In this document: positions 10,317 through 19,660 of the stretch, one piece after another
How positions within the stretch are numbered: the first letter of the stretch is position 1
Layout of the letters: each line of letters opens with the position of its first letter
Assembly (NCBI GenBank): GCA_017610385.1
Contig: JAFCCC010000004.1
Span: 2,863 to 66,862 of the forward strand
Reading direction: 5' to 3'
Length of the DNA: 64,000 nt
From: Candidatus Nanohalarchaeota archaeon
GTDB lineage: Archaea > Nanohalarchaeota > Nanosalinia > Nanosalinales > JAFCCC01
Notes under the pieces: generated by a model
What the model was told of the DNA's origin: nothing
Databases searched by the model: none
What the model saw: only the letters and a program-made list of their open reading frames with translations
Translations under genes and position numbers: made by a program

Positions 10317-10338
10317 CTTTGTTAATTTGCAAAAAAAA

Positions 10339-10530
10339 GCATCAATTTACTTGCCCAGAACACATTGCAAAAGAACATATTATTTAATAAAAAACCCAAT
10401 TTATGAAAAGACATCAATTCATAAGAACCTATTGATTCACAAGGACAGATTCACAAGGACATATTGATTCACAAAAACATACTAATTTACAAAAAACTAT
10501 TAAATCATAAAAACTAGGACGAACATAAAA
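10339..10530. repeat. Array of ~10 degenerate 14-19-nt units, core ATTGATTCACAAGGAC
   Basis: Read directly: catcaattcataagaac / ctattgattcacaagga / cagattcacaagga / catattgattcacaaaaa / catactaatttacaaaaaa / ctattaaatcataaaaa ... Stops in all frames. Lies between a stop codon and two micro-ORFs. Confidence 0.7.
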
Positions 10531-10535
10531 TAATT

Positions 10536-10670
10536 ATGCGAAAAGGATTAGGTAATTGGGTTGCTGCTTTAATCACAATCTTATTGGCCATTGCGATTAT
10601 TTTTGCAATGTATGTAGTTGGCGTAGGAACTGTTACTAAAATTGCAAGATCACTTTTCGGACAATCTTAA
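10536..10670 (+). CDS. 44-aa mini-pilin-like peptide
   Basis: Below the ORF-track size cutoff. ATG 10536, TAA 10668..10670. MRKGLGNWVAALITILLAIAIIFAMYVVGVGTVTKIARSLFGQS carries the same M[KR]KG + hydrophobic-helix signature as the larger pilin-like genes here. Confidence 0.5.
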   Translation: MRKGLGNWVAALITILLAIAIIFAMYVVGVGTVTKIARSLFGQS

Positions 10671-10675
10671 TCAAA

Positions 10676-10843
10676 ATGAAAGAAGCAGTTTACATTATTG
10701 GTTGGGCAATATTGGCAATATTAGCTGGAGCACTTATTTTTGGTATTGTTGCAGGCAAAATTTTACCAGAAGTACCCGGATTTGTTTGTGATTTTGTATC
10801 TAGTATTGGATTAAAAAATCTAAATTTGGCTGGGTGTGCATAG
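10676..10843 (+). CDS. 55-aa single-helix membrane peptide
   Basis: ATG 10676, TAG 10841..10843. MKEAVYIIGWAILAILAGALIFGIVAGKILPEVPGFVCDFVSSIGLKNLNLAGCA. Starts 5 nt after the previous micro-ORF and ends 8 nt before the next ATG. Confidence 0.4.
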   Translation: MKEAVYIIGWAILAILAGALIFGIVAGKILPEVPGFVCDFVSSIGLKNLNLAGCA

Positions 10844-10851
10844 GGTGTATT

Positions 10852-11673
10852 ATGGCAGCTGAAATTTCAACTAAAACAGTTTTTCTTATCTCTGCAGTTA
10901 TAATAGTCGCAGTAGTTATTGGTTTGGGAGTTTGGATCTACTCTGATCGAATTGAGCCAATTTTGGGAGGCGTTATGAAGAATATGGGTGTTTATCAAAT
11001 AACCATTAAAAATGAAGAACAATTTAGAGGTCTTTTACAATGTTTAGCTGCTGCACATTATCATTTTGGAAAGAATTCACAAGACAAATTAACTCAAATA
11101 AATTTTAAAGATTTAGATAGCACCGAAATGCAGGGATGTACAATAACTGGAAAAGTTCCCCAAAAAGTGCATGTCAAATTCAAGATAGATAATTCAGACG
11201 GATATATTATTTTAGCAAGTGGAGATTTAATGCCGCCAGAATATAAAGCCTATGGACATGACCCCTTAGGAAGCATATATGTATCAGATTTGAACATCGA
11301 AAAAGGTGACTCCCAGTCTATGTTTAATAGCAAAATTTTTCCTTTTGTAGAATATCGTGGAATTGATTGCACACCCATAAGAGCGCTGTCTCTAGGCTCT
11401 GATGTTGGTTGGGCAGTTATTGTTCAAAACGGTATTGTTGAAAAGAATTCTACTGATACAGTATATTGTAAAGGTGCTATTCACAATAAACTAAACTTAG
11501 CTTCTTTCAGAATTTACGACGGAACTGAAGCAGATTTAACAATTTATCACGATAGGAATATAGATAGAAACTGGATTTTTGGGATTCTTCCTAGAATTCC
11601 TGATTTGAAATTAGATGATGTTCTCATTATCACAATGAAAATAGAAGAATCTGGAATTAAAAAAGAAAAATAA
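10852..11673 (+). CDS. Membrane-anchored/secreted hypothetical protein (paralogue of 9678..10316)
   Basis: The ORF track starts at an alternative codon (10834). The ATG at 10852 gives MAAEISTKTVFLISAVIIVAVVIGLGVW and avoids overlap with the upstream micro-ORF. Paralogy motifs are given under 9678..10316. Confidence 0.55.
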   Translation: MAAEISTKTVFLISAVIIVAVVIGLGVWIYSDRIEPILGGVMKNMGVYQITIKNEEQFRGLLQCLAAAHYHFGKNSQDKLTQINFKDLDSTEMQGCTITGKVPQKVHVKFKIDNSDGYIILASGDLMPPEYKAYGHDPLGSIYVSDLNIEKGDSQSMFNSKIFPFVEYRGIDCTPIRALSLGSDVGWAVIVQNGIVEKNSTDTVYCKGAIHNKLNLASFRIYDGTEADLTIYHDRNIDRNWIFGILPRIPDLKLDDVLIITMKIEESGIKKEK

Positions 11674-11745
11674 TCAATATAAAACACAAGCAGAACCCTG
11701 AAATTACTTTAATAAAAAGTGTTTCATAAGTCGTATGAACGAGAA

Positions 11746-13131
11746 TTAAGGCAATAAAAATGATTCACAGGATTCTTCTAGCATTAGATTCACTCCAGGA
11801 ATGTGACGCATCCACCCAAAAACAGGATCTTTATTATACCAAGGTATAACTTGAAAAATACCATCTCCCGGATCTGCATATATGTGACCATCTACTATTT
11901 TATATAGTCTATCTTCTCCAATAGATATTGTTGCTCGATTTGTAATTCCGTCTAGGGTGGTAATTGTCATATGATATGGAATTCGTACAGAGCACCTATT
12001 TAATATTTCTTGTTCAGAACAAGTATTTTCTCCACGACGTCTTTCATGGGAATCACGAGTTAATCTATATTCTATTACTGTGTTTGTTTTTTGAGCTACT
12101 TTCATAGTATACTTTCCCGAACTTGTTTTTATTTCAAAACTATCTGGAGCTTTTTTTAAAACCTCATCAAAGGTTGAAGTTGTATACAGATCGTAAAGTT
12201 CATGACTTATTCCGTTTACTCTAGCGAACTGTAACTTGTCCTTTGTAGTCATATTCGGATCTAAGGGCAAAGAATATCCCTCAAAAACTCTGTCAAATTG
12301 TCCATTCCCATCTAAATCTGATAATTGTGTTACATGTGATTCTAGCTGATCTTTTTTTGTTAAGATGTCTTCCATAAAGGTTGTGGCATTATAAACAATT
12401 CCTGTTTCTGGATTTTGTATATACCAGAGATCAACAAGCATATTTGGCATTAGGCGAGAAGAAGGTAGATCTGTTAGATGCATAAATGATTCAGAAGCCC
12501 TTATTGAATATTGATCTGTAATTCCTAGATGTAGTACTTGCCCAATTGTATTTTCTAATATTTCTATAGGTGATGGACGAGCTTTGTCATAGTATATGTC
12601 AAGCAGTGCTCCATTACCTGCTGAAATATAAGATCTTCCATCAGCACGAACCCAAAGAGATTCTGGTCCAAGATTTAGATTAAAAAACATTTTATAAGGT
12701 GTTGTAGATAACTCCCGAAGATCATTTCGAAGCTCATTTGGAACAAAACCGCCTTCTCTTAATATTTTTTTGTAAATTTGTTCTGCACGAGAATCAACCG
12801 TGATGTTTGTATTATTTTCTGAACTTGCGCCAGCTCTAGTAGTTTCAGTTTTACCACCCGCATGAATAATGATTGTAGTGGAATCTTCTGTTGACTTTTC
12901 TATTGGATTTTCTATATCAGAATTTGATGCAACCGAACTGCCTTGTTCAGAGGTAACCGGCCTTGTATTTTTATTAACCGGTTTGGTACATCCAAAAAGA
13001 CCGCCTCCAGAAAGAAGAGCCAAAATAGTTGCTATACTCGCACCTTTTCGAACGCGATCCCAAATCTCATGACTTTTTGTCTCGTCTGGCAACGAACCAT
13101 TTTTTAAAGAAAGGCCCACTTTCTCTATCAT
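11746..13131 (-). CDS. Secreted or membrane-anchored hypothetical protein
   Basis: 461-aa ORF. The N-terminal region ...WDRVRKGASIATILALLSGGGLFGCTKP could be read as a class III-like RKG|A signal or a lipobox-like LFGC. No recognisable catalytic motifs. Confidence 0.5.
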   Translation of the reverse strand: MIEKVGLSLKNGSLPDETKSHEIWDRVRKGASIATILALLSGGGLFGCTKPVNKNTRPVTSEQGSSVASNSDIENPIEKSTEDSTTIIIHAGGKTETTRAGASSENNTNITVDSRAEQIYKKILREGGFVPNELRNDLRELSTTPYKMFFNLNLGPESLWVRADGRSYISAGNGALLDIYYDKARPSPIEILENTIGQVLHLGITDQYSIRASESFMHLTDLPSSRLMPNMLVDLWYIQNPETGIVYNATTFMEDILTKKDQLESHVTQLSDLDGNGQFDRVFEGYSLPLDPNMTTKDKLQFARVNGISHELYDLYTTSTFDEVLKKAPDSFEIKTSSGKYTMKVAQKTNTVIEYRLTRDSHERRRGENTCSEQEILNRCSVRIPYHMTITTLDGITNRATISIGEDRLYKIVDGHIYADPGDGIFQVIPWYNKDPVFGWMRHIPGVNLMLEESCESFLLP

Positions 13132-13232
13132 TTTAATCTAGTACTTATAGATAGTGGTGACACTATATATAACTTTCCATAATTCTTATTGTTTTGATAA
13201 GCATAGTTATTTTAACAAAAAAAACGAACTTT

Positions 13233-13391
13233 ATGATGATGAGAACACAAAAGGGAATAGAATCTATTGCAACTTTAATTCCTTGGTTGCTTTTAGCCGT
13301 GATTTTTATTGCACTAGTTATTTTCTTTGTTACAAACCGATTTGAATCAATTAAGGAGTTAATTGCAAGGATCTTTCCAACACCCGTATGA
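13233..13391 (+). CDS. 52-aa mini-pilin-like peptide
   Basis: A start at the ATG triplet run 13233..13241 gives MMMRTQKGIESIATLIPWLLLAVIFIALVIFFV.. (QKG|I + hydrophobic helix). The track's upstream start adds 13 non-signal residues. Confidence 0.5.
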   Translation: MMMRTQKGIESIATLIPWLLLAVIFIALVIFFVTNRFESIKELIARIFPTPV

Positions 13392-13423
13392 TCTAAACAA
13401 AATGCCTAAGGAGAAGAATTTAA

Positions 13424-13753
13424 ATGAAAGGAGAAATAAGTAGCTTAATAAAAGCATTAGTTGTTCTTGCTTTAGTGATAGGGATAGTTTCTTTGATAGC
13501 CTTCGGTTCCAAAGCCATAATTGCTGCAATTAAGGGGAACTCTGCGGAGCTTATTAGTACAGTAAATGACACATTTGTAGATGAAAATATGGCAAAGCAG
13601 TGCAAATTAGCGTTTCAACAGTGTTGTGCACTTGCAGAAGGAGATCGTGCTACAAGAACAGATCTTTGTATGAGTGTTTTAGGAAATACTTTATATGATA
13701 TGGGAGATGGAGATCCAGTGGCCTGTATAAAATATTTTGAGGGAATATGTTAA
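13424..13753 (+). CDS. Pilin-like protein, Cys-rich
   Basis: MKGEISSLIKALVVLALVIGIVSLIAF, then a small domain with 7 Cys (CKLAFQQCCALAEG..LCMSV..VACIKYFEGIC). First gene of a head-to-tail overlapping gene string. Confidence 0.55.
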   Translation: MKGEISSLIKALVVLALVIGIVSLIAFGSKAIIAAIKGNSAELISTVNDTFVDENMAKQCKLAFQQCCALAEGDRATRTDLCMSVLGNTLYDMGDGDPVACIKYFEGIC

Positions 13754-14265
13754 TTCACAAAACGATAATTCATAGAAAAGGCAATTCTGTGGAGAAATTA
13801 ATTTTATATGCTATTAGCGGAATCTTGTCTGGTTTGTTGATACTTGTACTTTATAATTTAACAATCAATGGAATTACCACATCTCAAATCAATTCAGATT
13901 TAGGTATAGCCAAAATAATTCAAAAGGATTTAAGAGATCTTTGCGCCCCCATTTCTTCTAATTTGAAATTTAATCCCGAAGAAGGATTAGCTCCGTTAGT
14001 TACTGAAAAAGTTAGATTTTCGAATAGCTTAACTGAATTAAAACTTCTAAATGATCCAGAAGGTCCTCATTTTAATCTTACTTGGAAGAATCAGCAGGCA
14101 AGACTTAGTTTAGAGGGTTGTGATTTCTTTGATGGTATTATCCTTATTTCGCCAACGCACAGAGAAAAAATTATTGGCGGCGTAAAATATGCTATATACA
14201 GAAATGCGTATTATAATGAAACTGACCAAAAAGCATATGTAACTGTAACTTTTGAGGAGGTATAG
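13747..14265 (+). CDS. Pilin-like protein (class III signal)
   Basis: MLIHKTIIHRKG|NSVEKLILYAISGILSGLLILVLY. The ATG overlaps the upstream stop. Confidence 0.6.
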   Translation: MLIHKTIIHRKGNSVEKLILYAISGILSGLLILVLYNLTINGITTSQINSDLGIAKIIQKDLRDLCAPISSNLKFNPEEGLAPLVTEKVRFSNSLTELKLLNDPEGPHFNLTWKNQQARLSLEGCDFFDGIILISPTHREKIIGGVKYAIYRNAYYNETDQKAYVTVTFEEV

Positions 14266-14269
14266 AATA

Positions 14270-14815
14270 ATGAAAAGGAAAGGGGTAGAAACATTTAATG
14301 CGGTTCTATACACCACTTTTTTTATTACGTTTGCATTATTTCTTTTATTTATTTTTCTTCAGGTTGGTGTAAAAGAAAAAGGCGTTGTTTTGGGTTCTTT
14401 AAATTCTGAACACGCCAATCGAATTTCTAATGCCATTAATTTAATTCAAACCTATGAACAAGGAACAGTTCATATAGAACTGCCTGGAAAATACATTGTA
14501 AAACTTAGTTCTAAACGTACTACGCTGGGGCGCCTATATTACGTAGAAGTAGCTTATAAAAGTGAAAATAATATCGCAAATAGTAAAGGGTTTAAAATAA
14601 AAAAAGATACAAAGGTGTTTCCCATAATGAGTCAAGGTAACTTAGTAAGTTCAACTCATATTGACGTTTTTGGTGTCGTTTCTACTAAAAAAAACCCCAC
14701 GAATAAAATTTGTATAGTTAAAATCAATGATAAATTATACATTTTTGATGAGGAAAACCCAACATATACTTTACCTAACGAGGTGAATCAAGTAGAATGC
14801 GCTCTAAATTACTAA
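14270..14815 (+). CDS. Pilin-like protein (class III signal)
   Basis: The ATG at 14270 gives MKRKG|VETFNAVLYTTFFITFALFLLFIF and is preceded by GAGGAGGT (14253..14260). The track's start at 14252 is a TTG inside the upstream gene end. Confidence 0.65.
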   Translation: MKRKGVETFNAVLYTTFFITFALFLLFIFLQVGVKEKGVVLGSLNSEHANRISNAINLIQTYEQGTVHIELPGKYIVKLSSKRTTLGRLYYVEVAYKSENNIANSKGFKIKKDTKVFPIMSQGNLVSSTHIDVFGVVSTKKNPTNKICIVKINDKLYIFDEENPTYTLPNEVNQVECALNY

Positions 14816-15843
14816 TCACACATACAAACACACATAGAAAAGGAGATTTTGAAAAGATTATCGTTTTTATTTTTCTAATTGTTGTAGGAGTGACCATTAT
14901 GGGCTTTGCAGCACTAGACTTTATTCATTTCAAAGTAGACGTTCAAACTTCTGGTCAAGAAGAATACAATCGATTTGCTTTAACTGAAAAAATACTAAAT
15001 GCACCGGGTTGTACTATTTCAAGAGGAACTTTCTTAAAAAGTAAATTATTATCTCAGGACCCAGAAACCTGTCAATTTATTGATTGCCCTATAGATACTA
15101 CAATTGACTGGGCGTATTCTGCACTGTCCAACGACTTTGAACTCCCAATTTGTGAAGTAACAACTAGCAGCGACCAAACTGTAAAATATAAATTTAAAAT
15201 TTCAGAAGCGATTCCTATTTTAGTTTATGATAAAGCCTCTGGCGTATATTCTAGTGCGTATTTGCTTATTTATGGACCAGAAGGAATTTATTCTTCATCA
15301 TATTCGTCTGGTAGATCTGCACCAGGAACTTTAGAGGTTTCAGAAAAAGAAAAGTATAAATCAAAAATAAATGTAGATTATATGTATGATTTTGATTGTG
15401 ACGCTCCGCAGGGATTAGAACCACGAGCAAAATGCGTCATTGATCAGGTTATTGGGAGTATAGAAGCTAATACGGGTGGTAGATGCAATCCTTGCGAATT
15501 AAAATCTGAAGTTTATGCAGGTACAGATAAAAAAGAAACAGAAACGGTTAAAGAAGATGTAGGTGGTATTTGGAGTACCTGGGAAAAATGGACTGCAGAT
15601 AATTTTGTTTCAACCGTTGTTTGGGCAGGAGAAGATACAAACATTGGAATAAAATGGAATTATGTGACTGGAAAAACAGGGTCCGGGTATTTTACGAGAA
15701 ATTTCAGAAAACCTTATTTAAAAATAATTTATCGAGTTATTTGCCCACCCGGCATGGTTGCAGAGCAAATTGATGATAAGTATCAATGTAAGGGATTAGA
15801 ACCCGCAGAAGAAGAAAAATCAGAGGTACCAGAAGATGCATAA
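14797..15843 (+). CDS. Pilin-like protein (class III signal), Cys-containing globular domain
   Basis: MRSKLLITHTNTHRKG|DFEKIIVFIFLIVVGVTIMGF. Overlaps the upstream gene by 19 nt. Confidence 0.6.
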   Translation: MRSKLLITHTNTHRKGDFEKIIVFIFLIVVGVTIMGFAALDFIHFKVDVQTSGQEEYNRFALTEKILNAPGCTISRGTFLKSKLLSQDPETCQFIDCPIDTTIDWAYSALSNDFELPICEVTTSSDQTVKYKFKISEAIPILVYDKASGVYSSAYLLIYGPEGIYSSSYSSGRSAPGTLEVSEKEKYKSKINVDYMYDFDCDAPQGLEPRAKCVIDQVIGSIEANTGGRCNPCELKSEVYAGTDKKETETVKEDVGGIWSTWEKWTADNFVSTVVWAGEDTNIGIKWNYVTGKTGSGYFTRNFRKPYLKIIYRVICPPGMVAEQIDDKYQCKGLEPAEEEKSEVPEDA

Positions 15844-16429
15844 TCACAAAGGAATGGAAGCATTTTTAGCAGTTCCTATTGGACTAGCCTTTATTATTAT
15901 TATCGCTTTTGGGCTAAAAGCAGTTGGTAATGTAACCCTAATTCAATCTCACATTCTAGTTGAACAGACCTTTGCATTTGAAAGTTCATTTGGAACATTG
16001 GTTAATCAGGTGAATCAATTATTGAGTATTAAGAATCCTGATAATTTTCCTGGAGAATTACGTCTACCAAATAAAAAAATTGACAAGCTTTCTTATTGGC
16101 TTGCATTTTATGCTCATGCAAATAAAACCAATTCAAATATTAAATATAATGTTACAGATCCAAATTCAGCTGAAATTTCTTTGGAAGACGCAAATGTCTC
16201 AATTACTGCACAACTAAACGAAACTGCCCATGCAATTCTATCAACCGATATATTTTATTCCTTACTATTCGCAGATATTGTTGTTAATCAGATTCCAGAC
16301 AGAAAAATACAGACGTTTGGTAGAGCAATACTTCCAATACCAATTCCTGGTGATGAAATAAAATATTTCAAATTTGGAAGAGAAGAAACAAATTATAATT
16401 TAGTGTTATCTCAAAAGGAGCGTGATTAA
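15836..16429 (+). CDS. Pilin-like protein (class III signal)
   Basis: MHNHKG|MEAFLAVPIGLAFIIIIAFGL. 8-nt overlap with the upstream gene. Confidence 0.6.
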   Translation: MHNHKGMEAFLAVPIGLAFIIIIAFGLKAVGNVTLIQSHILVEQTFAFESSFGTLVNQVNQLLSIKNPDNFPGELRLPNKKIDKLSYWLAFYAHANKTNSNIKYNVTDPNSAEISLEDANVSITAQLNETAHAILSTDIFYSLLFADIVVNQIPDRKIQTFGRAILPIPIPGDEIKYFKFGREETNYNLVLSQKERD

Positions 16430-19400
16430 GTGAATTATAAACTTTCGAAAGGTATGGGTGAAGGAGTTATTATTGTTATTATTCTTTTGGGAAGTTTAAT
16501 CAGTCTAGTTTTAGGAATTAGCGCTCAAATGTGGACGGTCCACAACAAGGTCGCAAGAATAGAAGATTTTTCTGCAATGGTCCAAACGCATGCAATAGCA
16601 AATCATTTAGAAGAACATTATATTAATCAAAGTCTAGTTTACGCTAGCTGGGAGTCTTCTTATCAGCTAGGGAAGATTGGAGGAACTTCAGCAGAATGGA
16701 AAGAAGGAAAGCTTCCTAAAATTGATGAAATTTCTTGGAATTTGGCTCAGAATATTACACATTCAAAATATTTTAGCAGTTTTGAAAGCAAAGAATGTAT
16801 TGTAAATTTTAAAGATGAGTATCAATTTGAAGATATTAATTTCAGCAAGGAAAATTCTTTTGAATTCTTCGCAAATAAGACTCCAATTGAGGTTAGTTGC
16901 TCTAAAAATAGTGCCACCGCAAAGTATTATTTAAATGCCTCTCGTTTGATAACAAGCAGTGGAAACAGATATTTTCATTTATATGATTTATGTTATAATT
17001 TATCTAATTGGACAGATTTCTTCGCAGATCAAATCGAAGATCCAAGTGGCAATTATTATGGCATATTCGCGCTTCCAGTGGAGGGCATGTCAGATAGTTT
17101 AAAAAATACATTTACTCCCGAATGTTCCCATGAAATAACTGATTCTCCAGGATCAGTCATTGAAGCGGCTTCTTTCTTGGTTGCTCAGTTGATTGCTGAA
17201 ATCGGATATCGAGGCGAAGTTTACGATGCCTATAAAAAAAGTAAAGACCTCGCAACCCTTCCAGATGGTGTAGAAATAGATTTAGAAAATGAAGCAAAAT
17301 TAAGATGGCCAAGTTTAAGTCATGAAATTCTAAGTTTATTATTTCCACAGTTGATGGGAAAATTAGGTGATTTACGAGCTAATATTCAAACATTAATAGA
17401 TGGTATAGAAACTCAAATTGACGCTACTTTAGCTGACTTTCAAAATTCTGGAATTATAGATATTGCTCATGATTTATCTACTTATTTGAAAGATTCATTA
17501 ACGACTGTAGAAAATATTCAAAAAATGGTCGATGACGCAAAAACAACTGCAGACAATATTCTTAATTCATTTGATTTTGTAGATTCAGCAGCAAAAACTG
17601 TTACGGATGTTGGTAACGATGTTGTTGATACAGTAGGTTCTATTACCTATAGTGATTTCATGGACGGTTTAAAGATGGATATATCTACAAAAATAACTGA
17701 TTTTGAACAACAAACTGTAAATAAAATTACGAATCCAATTGAGGACCTACTAGATAAAGCGAATATTGATTACGGAAGAAGAGCTTCTGCGTCTAGTCTT
17801 AGTGATTTTGCAGATGATACAGTCTCGCCTGTTTCCGAAGAATCACTAACTAAAGATGAATTAAAAAAACAAATTAATGATATAATTGATTCAACGGATT
17901 TAACTGATCTTACAGTGGATTTTACAGACTCTATTAAAGATGAAGCTCATAAAAAAGTAACTGCTTTTGTTGATGAAAATATTAAAGAAAAAATTAACGA
18001 CGCAATTGAAAAAACTATTTCTGACTTAAATGAAACATTAAGAAAGGAGATTAAAGAACAGTTCAAAGAACAATTTACAACAATAATAAGAGATAATTTA
18101 GAAGAACCAATTAAAGAACAAGTACGAAGTGTTATTCAAGATTCTATTCGAGGTTCAATAGACAGTTTATTAAATGATATTTCTGAGCAAATTGACCAGC
18201 AAATTGACCAGTATCTTGATGATATGTTAGGAATAAATTCCGAGTCTGGAGAAATTGATTATACTAGTTTAGTAGGTACAATTAGTGAAAATTGTGCTTT
18301 GCCCGACGATTTCTCTTTATTAGATAGCCTAAAAGACGAAGTTGAAAAGGTTATTAAAGAACAACTTCAAGAAAGCTTGTCTGGTGTCGTTGACCAATTA
18401 AAATCAGAAATAAAAGACGCAACTGAAAATACAATATTAACTGCTTTGGATGACACAATTGATTCTATTACAAGCGAATTAGAAACTGAAATTTTGTCTA
18501 TTTTAAATGAACAAACAGATGCGATAGTAGATTATTTTGTAAATGCGTTAGACGGACCAATATCTGATTCTATAAATCAACTTTTAGATAATTTAGAAGA
18601 GCAAATTAGTCTTAAAACAGATAATTTCATTAATTCCGCCGTAGATCAAGTAAATCCAATCGCAGAAGAATTTGATAGCAAAGTCAGCAACATCAAAAAT
18701 ATTGTGAAAAACGCTGCAGATTTGGCTATTGATTTAACTTATGAAAATGCAGCAGCAACTGAAACAGGATATTTTAAAATTAAAAATGCCGCTAGTTTTG
18801 GCGCAAGATTAAAAGAGGTAACTCCCATTAATAGACGGATTAAGACCAATATCATTACCTCTATTGAGACTTCAATTCACACAGAGATATTTGAACCAGT
18901 TTTAGTTGTTGTAAATGCCTTTGAACCAATTGATGAAGAAAAAGTTAATAATTTACAACAAAATCTTCTTGACGTAGCAGATACTGTGATGGAAGCTTCT
19001 GAAATTTTAAATGATGCTTCTGAAATAAAAGCTAAAATTGATTTGCAATTGGATCAAGTTCATTCTAATATTCAAACCACCCTAAATAATTTAGATAGTC
19101 AAATAGAAAGTACAATAAGTACACTTGATTTAATTGAACCATTCATAAATCAATTAAAATACATTAAAACAATTGTTGTAGCAAATATTGATAAGCTTAG
19201 CAATGTTCTAAGTGGAAACACTCCTTTTGTTTTTCATTTTCCACCAGAATCCAAAAAAATGATTTTAGACGTAACTGTTCCAATTCCGACACCGGCTGGC
19301 ATGGTTTACATACGAGCAGTTATTACAAGGGTTAAAATAGATCCCGAATCCGCTAAATACGACATACGCGCCACAGACAACAAATTTGTTCTTCCAGTAA

Positions 19401-19486
19401 GCGACGGATACAAAAATTTAGAGTTCGTTTGTCCTTATAAACAAGTATTTGAAGGAACCTTAGAGCAACCTCTGCCAGAATCTTGA
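16430..19486 (+). CDS. Giant (1018 aa) pilin-like protein with a long acidic, helix-prone region
   Basis: The GTG start abuts the upstream TAA, with AAGGAG ~10 nt upstream. N-terminus is MNYKLSKG|MGEGVIIVIILLGSLISLVLG. Residues ~300-900 are D/E/I/K/Q-rich with loose internal periodicity (KEIKEQFKEQFTTIIRDNLEEPIKEQVRSVIQDSIRGSIDSLLNDISEQIDQQIDQYLDD). Confidence 0.65.
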   Translation: MNYKLSKGMGEGVIIVIILLGSLISLVLGISAQMWTVHNKVARIEDFSAMVQTHAIANHLEEHYINQSLVYASWESSYQLGKIGGTSAEWKEGKLPKIDEISWNLAQNITHSKYFSSFESKECIVNFKDEYQFEDINFSKENSFEFFANKTPIEVSCSKNSATAKYYLNASRLITSSGNRYFHLYDLCYNLSNWTDFFADQIEDPSGNYYGIFALPVEGMSDSLKNTFTPECSHEITDSPGSVIEAASFLVAQLIAEIGYRGEVYDAYKKSKDLATLPDGVEIDLENEAKLRWPSLSHEILSLLFPQLMGKLGDLRANIQTLIDGIETQIDATLADFQNSGIIDIAHDLSTYLKDSLTTVENIQKMVDDAKTTADNILNSFDFVDSAAKTVTDVGNDVVDTVGSITYSDFMDGLKMDISTKITDFEQQTVNKITNPIEDLLDKANIDYGRRASASSLSDFADDTVSPVSEESLTKDELKKQINDIIDSTDLTDLTVDFTDSIKDEAHKKVTAFVDENIKEKINDAIEKTISDLNETLRKEIKEQFKEQFTTIIRDNLEEPIKEQVRSVIQDSIRGSIDSLLNDISEQIDQQIDQYLDDMLGINSESGEIDYTSLVGTISENCALPDDFSLLDSLKDEVEKVIKEQLQESLSGVVDQLKSEIKDATENTILTALDDTIDSITSELETEILSILNEQTDAIVDYFVNALDGPISDSINQLLDNLEEQISLKTDNFINSAVDQVNPIAEEFDSKVSNIKNIVKNAADLAIDLTYENAAATETGYFKIKNAASFGARLKEVTPINRRIKTNIITSIETSIHTEIFEPVLVVVNAFEPIDEEKVNNLQQNLLDVADTVMEASEILNDASEIKAKIDLQLDQVHSNIQTTLNNLDSQIESTISTLDLIEPFINQLKYIKTIVVANIDKLSNVLSGNTPFVFHFPPESKKMILDVTVPIPTPAGMVYIRAVITRVKIDPESAKYDIRATDNKFVLPVSDGYKNLEFVCPYKQVFEGTLEQPLPES

Positions 19487-19487
19487 T

Positions 19488-19593
19488 CATTTTATTTTAA
19501 ATAGTATCCACGTCCCTTACTAAACACTTACTTGACCATTATTTTAACTAGTATCCCTTAATCTTACTAAACACTTATCCATTTTATTTTAAT
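19488..19593. repeat. ~47-bp imperfect direct repeat (2 copies plus a partial third)
   Basis: CTTACTAAACACTTA occurs exactly at 19516..19530 and 19563..19577. ATTTTAA[AC]TAGTATCC precedes each copy, and CCATTTTATTTTAAT restarts at ~19579. Confidence 0.75.
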
Positions 19594-19660
19594 TATTCTC
19601 CTTTAAAGTAAGATTTACTATAAGATTATCTTTATAATCTAAGATACGCAATTGTATATT

